NCBI GenBank assembly: GCA_001600815.1
Contig: BCKZ01000021.1
Location: 248,001 to 312,000, forward strand
Source: Alloascoidea hylecoeti
Lineage: Eukaryota
Direction: 5' to 3'
Length of the DNA stretch: 64,000 nt
Shown: positions 1-12,000 of the stretch, piece by piece
How positions within the stretch are numbered: position 1 is the first letter of the stretch
Layout: each line of letters begins with the position of its first letter
Made by a program: the position numbers and the translations under genes
The notes under the pieces: generated by a model
What the model saw: the letters and a program-made list of their open reading frames with translations, nothing else
Told to the model about the DNA's origin: nothing
The model's database searches: none

Positions 1-558
1 TCTTTTCTGGGAGCTGAAATTAGAGTTTGTCATTTTGGATAGGGTATCTAGGGATTTTGGAGATAAGGAGTTCTTGGGCAAAGAGCCTCTGGGGGGAGCA
101 CCTCTGGGGGCGGTCTTTTTGGGCTGGGGCGGCGGGAAATACCCCGAGGCACGTGCGGACTCCTTGCTCAGCCGGATGGCCTCCTGCAAATCCTTATCGA
201 ACTGGGCGGCCGGATCTTCTTGCGGCGGAGTAGGGGGGACTTGGGATCGGCGGCGGGACCGTGTTCGGGAGCGCCGTGGGTTGGCCCGCGAGGACGCGCG
301 GGGGGTGGCGACGGCCGCCGGCCCCTCCGCGGGGGAGACGGGCTTCCTTTCGACTTGTATGATATCGTCGTCGTGCAGATCCCAGGACCTCAGCTTGATG
401 CGGTCGCCCGCCATGGCCTCGTTTTCGAACAGCAGCAGCATTTTGTCTGGGGGCACGCCCGTCTCGGAGTGGGCGAAGGCCTTGAGGTCGGCCAGGGACA
501 TGTAGCCGGACACCTCGATGGGGATGATGTCATCGCCGTGGAACAAAGTGAGTCTCAT
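1..558 (-). CDS. N-terminal part of a DDI1-like ubiquitin receptor (UBL domain plus UIM-like motif); runs off the left edge
   Basis: Not in the ORF track because no stop falls in the window. ATG at 558 opens MRLTLFHGDDIIPIEVSGYMSLADLKAFAHSETGVPPDKMLLLFENE..LRSWDLHDDDIIQV, a UBL fold resembling the Ddi1 N-terminus (PIEVS.DM.L.DL). DKDLQEAIRLSKES is UIM-like. The frame stays open to base 1. The diagnostic RVP protease domain is not visible in the window. Confidence 0.65.
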   Translation of the reverse strand, partial: MRLTLFHGDDIIPIEVSGYMSLADLKAFAHSETGVPPDKMLLLFENEAMAGDRIKLRSWDLHDDDIIQVERKPVSPAEGPAAVATPRASSRANPRRSRTRSRRRSQVPPTPPQEDPAAQFDKDLQEAIRLSKESARASGYFPPPQPKKTAPRGAPPRGSLPKNSLSPKSLDTLSKMTNSNFSSQKR

Positions 559-679
559 ATTTAACAGCGAGCAAAAGTGAGGTTGGAGGTGGAGTTAGTG
601 CCTGCTTATATACTCTACACCCGCACACCCACACACCCCTACTTAAACCCTGCCGGCACGATCGCAGCTCCCACCAGCA

Positions 680-1360
680 ATGCTCGAGTCCCTCTCCCTC
701 GCCGTGTCGGCCTCGCTGCCCCACGTCTTCGTCCGCCCCCTCGGACCACGCGACCTGCCGCAGTGCGTGGCCCTGGAACAGCTGGCCTTCCCCCCCAACG
801 AGCGGGCCACAGAGCAGAAGATCGCGTACAGGCTGCGTGTGTGTCCAGAACTAACGGCCGGCATCTTCCTACGAACTTTCTCCTTCGCCTCCAACGAATC
901 CTCCTCCTCGCAACTGGAGGACTCGGAATTCTCCTCGCAAATCGACGAGGATAAATTCGGTCCTTCCAAGGTCATAACCGACGAAAAACTGATTGCCCAT
1001 ATCCACGCAACGAAAATAAAGTCTCAAACTGTAACTGCTGAAACTATGGATATACCAGTTCTGGATTCTTGGGGTCGTAAAGTATCCTCTTCAAACATCG
1101 GCCATTCAGAAGATGGTATAAATGTTGCTCTACATTCTTTAGCTGTTCATCCGGATTATAGAAATCAATCTTTAGGTTCCTTACTATTAACTGATTATAT
1201 CCAAAGATTATCCAATTTAAAAGTAGCTGCGAAAATCGTTATTATTGCTCATGAAGAATTGGTATCTTATTATACAAGATTAGGCTTTGTGGACTACGGT
1301 CTTAGTGAATGTAACTGGGGTGGTGTTAAATGGCATGATTTGGCTATCTCTCTAACTTAA
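680..1360 (+). CDS. PAA1: Polyamine/arylalkylamine N-acetyltransferase (GNAT)
   Basis: LE..AFPPNERAT..KI.YRL..CPEL..G.F, LIAHI.ATK, GH...G..VALHSLAVHPDYRNQSLG.LL..DYIQRL, IIAHE.LV.YY.RLGF, WHDL motifs. Confidence 0.92.
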   Translation: MLESLSLAVSASLPHVFVRPLGPRDLPQCVALEQLAFPPNERATEQKIAYRLRVCPELTAGIFLRTFSFASNESSSSQLEDSEFSSQIDEDKFGPSKVITDEKLIAHIHATKIKSQTVTAETMDIPVLDSWGRKVSSSNIGHSEDGINVALHSLAVHPDYRNQSLGSLLLTDYIQRLSNLKVAAKIVIIAHEELVSYYTRLGFVDYGLSECNWGGVKWHDLAISLT

Positions 1361-1499
1361 CTTGATCTTTTACTTACATGTATATTAATTATGATACAAT
1401 TGAATTTTAATATAATCGACATGTGTACTTGTACATATGCATGTAAATAATTATTAAATTAATTTTATACAATTAATCACAATGACATTCAAGAATTTA

Positions 1500-4400
1500 T
1501 TATACATTTTCTTTGTTATCTTCTTCTTTATCTTCTTCTTCAGATGATTCTTTATCAATCATTGGCTTTTTTTTAGATGGTGTTAAATATTCCCAGATTT
1601 TCTTTGAAGTTCCCCAAAATCCTCCTTGATATTTACCACCTGAATTCTCAACTTCATTATCATCATCTCTTGATTTTGAAGTTGAACTTCTTGTTGATTT
1701 TGATTTTGATTTTGATTTTGGTGTACTTGCTATATCTTGATCAATATCAAGTTCATATTGTATATTCCCATTATAATTTGGTGTTCTTCTATTTTTATTT
1801 TTATTTTTATTTTTATTTTTATTTTTATTTTTATTTGCTGATTGGTATTGTATGGGATATTTAAATTTAAAATTAAATTCACCGTTATCATTATCAATAT
1901 CATTATCATTATCATTATCAATATCATTATTAATATCATTGTCATTAGCATCACTATTTTTTGTTTTTGTTTTTGTTCTTTTTATTGAAATGTTAACATT
2001 ATCATCCCATTCTTCTTCAATTCCATCTGTAACATCTTGTGATAATCTATGAATATAAAAATTATTATCATCATCTATATTAGTTTTTGTAATTTCTTCT
2101 TTAAATCTTTGAATTGCTTTTAAATATTGTTGTTTATGTTGTAATTCAATTTCTTTTAATGTTAAATTCTCATCTTCTTCAACTTTTTGAAAATTTTCAA
2201 TTTCTTCAACATCTTCATCATCATCAAAAGGATCATCATCATAATGTTGATGTTGTTGCTTTTGAAATCCTCTTCTTTGATTTTTAATTCGAATTGGATA
2301 TGCATCTAATGATTTAAAACTTTCAACTGATCCAACTGATAATCTTCTATGCCATGAATCCCATTCATTTTCTTCAATTTCTCTTTCTTTTTCTAAATTT
2401 GCGAGCATTGTTTTTCTTCTAATTGCTTCTCTTTGTTTTGCCCTTTCATTTTTAAAATTTTCAACTTGTTTTTGTGATGGTGCTTTTGATAATTTGGGAT
2501 CATTTGGTCCTCCAATAACTCGTCCACTACGTAATTTTAATGGTAATCTAGTTGAAAGTTCTTCACGTGTGATCCGATTTCTTGAATAACTACCATTAAC
2601 AATAACATTTTTATTTCTTCTTTTTGATGACCGTGTACGACTTGTAGATGGATAAGTTAATGATGATATACTTCCTGAATGTGTATGATTACGATATTGT
2701 TGTGAACTAGGTGGTGTTTCAAGATCAATATCCATACTATGTGCCCTACGACGACGTCGTTTTTTAAGTTGTATTTGTTCACCATTGTTATTTAACCATG
2801 TTTCATCTTCATCTTCATCTTCTGTATCATAATCATATTCTGAATGTGTTTGATCTTCTGGAATTGTTACATCTGTATTAATTTCATCATCAATTACAAC
2901 CACATGATCATGTTCATGTTCACTTTCATTTTCATTTTCATTTTCATGTTTATCTGCGTCTACTTGATGTTGATGTTCATGTTCATCTGTTCCTATTTCT
3001 GAATTTTGATCATTCATATTAATATCTCCATCACTTGACTCAGCTACCATATCATATGACATCTCATCTTGATTATCCATGTTATCATTTTCATCATCAA
3101 TATCCATTTCATTTTCATCTGTTTCTTCTTGTGGTTCATCTTCTAAATAACTCATTTCATTATGTTCATGTTTATTAAGATTTTGTTGGTTATTATCCAT
3201 ATCAAATTCAACTTCAACACCTTCCTCTTCAAGCCCATCACCAGTTTTAAAATTCATCTCTTCATCGTGATCATTATTATCACTAACTTTATTTTTAGAC
3301 TCCTCTTCAACCTTTTCATTTTCTTCCTTATCGGAGATAACATTATATTCTTCATCTTCTTGTAATCCTGATTTCCGATATCTCGTATTTTGTAAAGGAA
3401 CTTGTCCATTGTTATCAAAACGTGTCATGTTTTCATCCTCGTTCTCCTCATTCTCCTCATCCTGAGTAGTTGATAATTTAATAATTTGAGGATCGGAGTT
3501 ATGGTTATTATCATAATCATTTTTATGTTCATTTTTATTTTCAGTTTCATCTTCATCTTCATATTCATTTTCTTGCTGTTTCTTCATCAACGGCATCATC
3601 AATAACCCAGTAACATCAATGTCATTAATCCCATATTCATTACTATTATTAAAATTTTCAATCATTATTGTTTGACTATTTTTAATCTCTTCATTATTGT
3701 TTATTTCATTTATCTCATCTTTTATCAAAACAACCGATTCTTTAATTTCTTTATCATTATCACTTGATGGTGGTTCTTCTTCTTCTGTTTCTTCTTGAAT
3801 TATTGAATTGTCAAGTTTATACATTTGTTCATCTTGAAATTCAGCATTTATTCTACTCATATCAATAGTTGATTGATCAATTAATCGAGAATATGTAAAT
3901 GATTCAGAATTAGATGATTTTGATTCATCTTCATTTTCATCATTTTTATGAGGTGTTGATGTACTTGTAGGTTCTATATCATTATTATTATCTGATTTTG
4001 ATTCATTAGTATGATCCTCAATAAGTCCTTTAGATTCTTCAGAATATTCGGATTCACTTTGATTCTCAAGTATAACCGTAGAGTTTCCACCTTCCATAAC
4101 ATCAGGTAGTTGTGGATCTGGAATAGATTCCGCATGAGATTCATCATCACTTTCACTTCCTATGATGTCATGATCATTACTATCATGATTTCTACTTAAA
4201 GATTCCTTTTGATCATCTTCTTCATTACTAGAATAATCATCCTCTTTACTATGAATTTCATCATCACTTACAATTTCATTATGAATTATTTCTTCATTAT
4301 CTTTATCTTCAGCAATGATAACATCTGAATTTGTATCCAGATTTACAACTTCTGAAACTTGGTTTGAAGTTATTTCGAAAGATGGAGAAGGAGGTGTAGA

Positions 4401-7400
4401 TAAAACAAGATTATTAGTACTATTATTAGAATCGGAATCTTCTTCATTATCTGTCACATGTGCATTTATTTCATCATTTTGCGGGTGATTGTTTACGTCA
4501 CTTGTGATTTCAATTTTAATTTCCTTATCAGATGCATCAGATTCGTTATCTGAAGAAATATCCATATGCATATCCTTATTGTCTTCAGCAACATCCACAG
4601 CAGAATTATTTTCTAAATTTTCAACGTTAGAATTAAATGGTTGTAACTCTTCATTACTAACTTCAGGTTCCACTTGTATATTATCCTCTTCATTACCTTT
4701 TAGAATACTTTCATCCATAATCTTATCATCTTCTTCATCTAAATCTTCATTATCTGAAAATTTAAAACTTTTCTTAACATTTTCAATTTCAACCTTTGAG
4801 AATTCTTTAGATTCTTCATGTTCAGAATCATTTGATTCTTCTTCAGGATTTGGAAATGAAAATGAAAATGAAAACTGTTGCTGCTTTTTATGTTTCTGTT
4901 GGTCATGTATTGGGGTTTCATCATAATTATTTTCAGAAACACTAGATCTTAATCCATTTTCTAAATAAGGTTTTGTTGTATCATCACTTCTGATAGATGG
5001 AGGAGGTGGTGTTTTAACATCATATTCAACCGTTGTTTCTTCTTCTTCTTTTTCTTCTGTCTCTTCCTCCTCCTTATTAGAACCATCCATTGGAACTTGA
5101 ATAGAAAAACTAGAATCGACAATGAAACTGTCATCAGGACCAATTTGTTCATCATACATAGAGTTTACATTGATTTTAACTGCACTTCCCATCATTGGTG
5201 CTCTGCTAGCCATTTGAGGTGTGCTTATTTCATCCGATAATGATTCATCTAATGGTTCTTCGTACCCTTCGCTTTCATTATCATTATCATTATCATTATC
5301 ATAGTAATCGATATCACCGGAGTGCACCGGTGTGCTGCGGGCAACAATATCAACATCTTCATCTGAAGAAGCTTTATATACACCATTTTCGTTCTCACTC
5401 CCATCTTCATTTTCAGTATTATTATTTTCAACTTCAATTTCATTATTATTATCATCACTATTATTATTGTTTTCATTATTAATCTTAGTTTCATCATCAT
5501 CTGAAAAATTAAATGCCTTTTTCATAGTTTCAATTTCATCTGATGGATACATATCCTCATCATCTGATTCACTAACCTCAGGAAATACATATTTCAATCC
5601 AGAAGAAGCAATATTTTGAAATAAAATTTTATTTAATTGCTGCTGTTGTTCATCATTATTACCATCCATAGGAGTTTGAATAGAAGAAGTAGATTCAACA
5701 ATAAAACTATCATCTGGACCAATGACATCATCATTTATAGATGAGACATTTGTCTTTACGGCACTTCCCAAAATAGGAGCCGTTAATTTATGAGGAGTTG
5801 TAACCCTGTCATTATCCGAAGATGATTCATTGATGCTGTGATTATTCGTGGAATAGAATTCATAATCATCTGGGTGTTGAGGCGTGCTTCGACCAATAAT
5901 ATTCTTTTTCTCATCATTATCTTCATCTTCTTCAATTACATTTTCATCATTGTTATTGGTATTTTTGTTATTCAATGGTAGAGATTCATCATTTTCAATG
6001 GCTGACGGCGAATTATTACTTTCCGCTTTATTTGGAGTTGCTTGTTTTTCAAAAATTGAAACAGTAAATGGGTTAATACTAAATATTGGTTTACTGGGAG
6101 TCTCAGTCGATACTTGTTTAATTTCTTCTTTCTTATTTATATCTTCCGTTTGTTCTAGTGGTTGGTATGATAGTTCTGGTAATGGTGATGATTCTTTTTC
6201 ATTGATATTAGATGTCAATGACTCAATAACTGTAGAAAATTCTCCCATGTGCGTGTCCTCTGTGTTTGTGAGTCCAACTGACATACCATCATTGTGAACA
6301 TCCTGGATATGTATATCTTGTTTGGTAGTAGATTCAGGTGATCGTATATCATTACGTTCTAAAATCTCAGCATATGTATTTTGTTGTTCCGATATTCCTT
6401 TAACATTATCTTTTGGAGACAGTATATCATCCTTTTGTGAGGAAGATATGGAGACAGAATTGTTGTGGTCTTCTTCATCTGCAGGAATTTTAATGTCATT
6501 ATTATCAGTAGAAGGCAAGCCGTCAATATTAATATCAACTAATATTGGAGAATTCTCTTCTTTCGAATCAACATGTCCAAGCTCATAAACACCATCATCG
6601 TGACCTTCATTTCCATTGTTAAGAAACATACTAGGAATATTTTCCGGTTCATTGATAGTATTTATTGGATAATGTTGTATTGAATCAGGTATATCCTTAA
6701 TTTCTATCCCTGATAATTCTGTGATGGGTTCATTTTGATCATCCAATAGGATAAGATTATCAATATTATTTAAGAAATGTGAAGCATTTGGATTTGGGTT
6801 CGTGATTATATTATCATGTTGTTGTTGATTTGTATACATAGAAGTTGTTGGAGGAGATGAGGGAGGGCCAACACTATATTTAAATGATGATAGAACATTA
6901 ATAGCATCTGCTTCATTCCCGTGAAAAGATTCGATAGGTAGCGTTGTTTGAGATGATGAGGCGACTGGCTTCTGTAATTGTGCTTCATTATTTATCTCCT
7001 CGTGTTCATTATTACCATCTTCGCTTGATTCAATCCATGCACTATCATGCTCTCCTTCACTATAACTTTCCGATGATGCTTCGCGTTCCTTTGGAAATTG
7101 TAGTTCATCGGAGGTCTTTTCGTGTTCATTATCACCATCCTCACTCGAGACATCCCATACTATATCACGTTCATCCTCATTATTACTTTCAGATGATTGC
7201 CCTTGTTCCTGTTCTTGATCTTCCTCTGAAGTTGTGATTTCCGCCTTGATATCAGGGTCTATAACTGTATCAGTCGCAAATTGAAATTGATATTGTGGAT
7301 CTTGTATTTGTGCTTCACCCAAGTCGTAAAATATAGGGTTATTTGCAGTGTTGAGTGGCACCCGTTCTCCATTATTTTCTTCAAGATGCCCATTAATTGA

Positions 7401-8129
7401 AAAGCCATTATTATAATCAGTTGAAACATCAGGCTCCGAATTGTCAGATTCAGACTGTTGGGGTTGAATAACTTCGGTTAATGTACCTGTACCTGTTTGT
7501 GTTTGTTCATCTACAACTTCCTCACTTTCATAAAAGCTGTTATCATTTTGATTATGATTATTCTCAAAGGACAGCTAGTAAAAAAAAAATTAGTGATAGG
7601 TGAAAATAAAGAATCCGAAGCACAAACTTACTTTATCATCATCTCTTTTAACTTTCTTAAGGCTGGGTCCTGAATTATATTGCTCCAATTGTCTTTTCCT
7701 TTTAGTATCTTCTTCCTGAAGTAAGTAATTACCCAACTTATTGAACTCTTCGGTTCTAATTTGCTGCTGTAATCTCAAAATAGTTACTTCTTTTTCAAGT
7801 TCATCATCACGTCTTTTAACATCCTTTAATGTATTCTGCGCCTTTTGACGTAGATTTGCCATCCAAGACATTATATCATCATCTTTTTTCGTGGATAATA
7901 CTGTAGAACTCCGCCTTTTACCCTGAGGTATCTCTACTAATCGTTTTAAAGGAGTTGATCGATAATCTTTACCAAGTGGCATGGTTATTGACCTTGGACC
8001 TATATATCCACCACTTTTTAAAAGTGTTTGTTTCTGCGGGACCTTAGCAGAGGGTACATCAATGGACCGTGAAAACGGTGTAGGAGTGTCCGGATCAATG
8101 TGACGAAAATGGAGGTTTTTCTTTGCCAT
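1500..8129 (-). CDS. ~2190-aa highly acidic, disordered protein, probable Esc1 orthologue; exon 1 8129-7632, intron 7631-7575, exon 2 7574-1500
   Basis: ORFs 7590..8129 and 1500..7361 join in frame across a 57-nt phase-0 intron (GTAAGT at 7631, CACTAAT branch, TACTAG acceptor ending 7575). The N-terminal helix IMSWMANLRQKAQNTLKDV resembles recalled Esc1 ALSWVDSLINRGKSILTTL. The gene is divergent from TRS130. Confidence 0.75.
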
Positions 8130-9071
8130 TAAATGAATTAATTTTATATCTGAAAAAAAGAAGGTATAATTTTGGTTATTATCAAAAAATGTCGGGGCAA
8201 ACTTGCAAAGTTACCCGGCATATATATACTTAATTCTTGTTAGGGTACGATAATCAGAAGATCTATTATAACACACAGCTTAATAAAGTCTACAAATCTG
8301 TGGACATAAAAAATCTACAAAGACAAAATATATCCATAATTTAATTTAAACCTCTATAGCTGATTTCCTGTTAACCATGTGTATGTTATAGTTAACAGTA
8401 ACCAAATTGTCCAACATTATTTTCTATATTGCTGACTCTGTTCCATCAACAAAGACTCAATTAATATGTGTATGAATAATCACTTATAAATTTAAATGAT
8501 AATTAGATAAAGGAGAATAAAATTGAAATTAAACCGTCAGAAGGTTCGCTTAGTATCTTGTATTTAACGAGCACAGGGTTTTCTCCGAACGTTAATATTC
8601 AGCCAAGTTGCTGGAATGAAAATACGTGCTCTGATAAATAGCACTGGAATCACTTATTTATACAGACTTTATAGTTAATAACGAAATTATGTCAGTCCAA
8701 TTTCTCACAAATTTTAGATTAAACTCTATTCAAACCACAGCTGGAGGGCCAAAAATATCAAGGCTAATTACATACACGATCTTTTTTTCGGGTAAGTTCC
8801 CCTGATAACAAAAAAAATTACTCTATAATTTATAGTTACCCCACGTATACATCATTTAATTCCTAAAAAGAGGCTGTCGATAGATTCTATTTAAAAATCT
8901 TGTGAAGAAAATGAGGAAATAACTATATCGAGTATTGGTATACGTAGTACGCAGGAGTTTTAGACTCTTCTAGAGGAGATAAGTGAAAAAGCTGCCCTGG
9001 TGAAAGCAGTTTTAATCATGAATTTATGAGACAATAATCATGAAAAGTTACCCGGTACAACCATACTAAAC

Positions 9072-12000
9072 ATGCCAGGCATAGATACTCTTTTTCTCAT
9101 ATTCGCGATGAATGGGGATAATTCGTTAAAAGACCAGGGGAAAATCAAAATTGGCTATTATGATCCACACGGGTTAAGATCTGCTGTTATACCGAGACTC
9201 AATGTCTTATTTCCACTGACAAACCTCCATTGGAAAGCAAAGGAGCCTGCTGATTTAAGTCCAGATGATACTCCTACATCCAAACAAAGTTCAAGGCCCC
9301 TGAGAGCAATAACCTCATTAAGTGTTGATTTAGAGGAACAGAAAATCGAGGAGACGTCTCAGCAAATGCATCAAATACCTGGAATTTCTTCTGATCCTTA
9401 TGTTCAATTGTTATTTATCAATTGTATTGATTTTGATTCATATAGGAATGCTGTGAGACCATTGATTAAGGATTGGCTACATAAAACAGTTACCTCCAAA
9501 CGAGATCCAACTGGTTGGTTAATTATTCATTATGTTCCTAAAGGTGTTAAGATAAAGGAAACCACAAAATTCAAAATGGGCTTAACTGAGAAAATTCAAT
9601 ATGATTTTCATAATCATTGTGTAACACTTAATGAAACTGTAACAGAATCTATTAAAAATATATTAATCACAAGGTTAAAAGAAGAACTGCTGAATTCTTT
9701 TGGAGAAAGGGTGTCTTTATATGAGACTGAAGTATTAAAATTAGAAACAAAAATGGATGTGCCTGGTTGGAATTTTGGTAGATTTTTCGCTATGAAAGAA
9801 GCTTTAGCAAGTGCTTTTCAAAACATGAGTTTATACGATGATACCCTAATTCAATTTGATAAATTAGAAGATATTTTCAAAAAAGTTATAAATAAACCGA
9901 AATCAAAAAATAGTGATTCAACAATTGTATCATTTTTTACAAAAATTGGCTTTGATCATGTCCCAATGAATTTCATTAAACAAGAGAATATTAGCGATTT
10001 AAGAAAAAGCATTTTAAGAAATGATGTTACTTTATTTGAATTTAAATGTTTTATGTTTTATTGCCAGGTTACTGCTTTGAAAAATATGGCTATTGTATCT
10101 GCTTCATCATCCCCATCAATATCAGCTATTCATATATCGGATTTACTATTTCGTTTGATTCATTTTTTAACCGATATAAATATGTTCTTAAAATGTAGTA
10201 ATAAGGATCCTCTAATGATACTTGATTGGAATTTTATACTTATTGATGAATTTTTAGTATCAACTGCTGCAATTTTACCCGAATTAACGACTCCTGAAAT
10301 TGCCAAAGCTCGGGGTGAATTATTATTAATGACAAGAACATCACTATTATCAATAGCTGATCAATTTAAATGGTATATACCGGGGCATGTAATTGATGTT
10401 CCAATTCGTCCAAAATCAGCCAAAACTCCATATGAAATAAAAAGTGAATTATTATATTCTTATTTATCTTCAGAAGAATTACTTCATTCTGCATTCAGAA
10501 GAATAACAGGTCTAGCACTTGATGAATTTAGAACTGCAGGTTTAACTAGGATTGTCAATAGTTTAATTGTCGATTTGGCGCTATTAGATCATAAAGAAGG
10601 TGACTATAAAAATGCTGCAATAACATTAGAAAAAGCACCTGAAATGTATAATCAAGAAAACTGGAGCTTTATTTCTACTAATATTTTGCTAGTATATCAT
10701 GATTGTTTATTAAAATTACAAGAACTACAGCAGAAACAGCAGCAGGATGATAATGATAGCGCTAGCGAAGAACTACCAAAGAATGATTATTCTAAAAAAT
10801 TACTTGTGACTGAACTTCTATTATTATCTTTATTAAAAAACACACCACAAAAAACAAATGATTATTTACCTCAAGTTCTCAAATTATCAGAAACAACACA
10901 ATTAGATTATAAATTATCCGACTTATTCGAATTTGAAATATTACCGTACATAACTTATTCAGAAGAATCAAAATTATATGAAATTGAAATTGATATTAAA
11001 AATACAATGAATTCTGAATTTATTTATGATCAAATTGTATTAGAAATGACCGCAAATGATGAAGATGATGACAAAATAATATTTCAACCAATTTCCAAAG
11101 CTAATAAATTAATTAATGGATCAAATAAAATCATTTTAGGAACTTCACAAATTATAATGGGATTATTTCATCTATTTAAACTTACATTAATTACTGGAAA
11201 ATTATCATTATTTAAACATTTTACAGAAGATTACCTTAAATTAGAAAAAGTTTGTATCTATCCTTCTCCTATGTCATTACATTCTGAATTAAGAATTCCA
11301 GATGTTACTATATTATCAATGAGATGTTTAACACTTGATATTTTTCCTGGTGACGAATTCACACAATTTGGTAAAATTGAAGAAGGCGAGGTTCAATTTT
11401 GGAGTGCAACTGAAGGATTAGAACTGCTCGGTAGAAGCATCACAGCCAATGTAAATGATACTGAAGTAAATCTTGATTATGATGAATCAGAGACAATGAC
11501 CTTAAAGTGTAAGAATGTTACATTATCACCATCTGAATCAAATACAAAATATGGAGAATTAGGTAAATCAAAACTAACACTTTCAATACCATATACAATG
11601 TCAGATCCATTAAAAACAGAATTAAAACTACGAACTAAAATAACAATGTCATCAAATGGTAAAACTCAATCATTAATATTTTCCACAGACATTGATATAT
11701 CATTAGATGCTGCAATAATAGTACAGGATATATTTAAATGTTCCCTTTTTTCAAAATTTAATGTCTCTACTGCTGATTTAGTAACTCCATTAAGAATACT
11801 ATCTATTTCATTATCAGATGTTGAACATTATAAAATTTCCACAAATGTTGGCGCTATACCTTCAAATAATTTCAATAAAACCGAAACTGAAATTCACGAA
11901 GAAGGAAGTTCCTGTATTGTTTTTCCATCCCAGCCTGCTTCCTTTGCATTTAAGATAGAGCCGAAAGATGGGCATGTTGTTTCATCGGATGATTATTGTA

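Noticed and set aside
27..975. Several overlapping ORFs (27..233, 35..505, 220..564, 530..724, 577..954, 643..975)
   Set aside because: Shadow frames of the GC-rich DDI1-like and PAA1 genes, with no recognisable motifs.
1577..7237. Many short ORFs antisense or out of frame to the large acidic gene
   Set aside because: By-products of low-complexity Asp/Glu/Asn codons and hexamer microsatellites.
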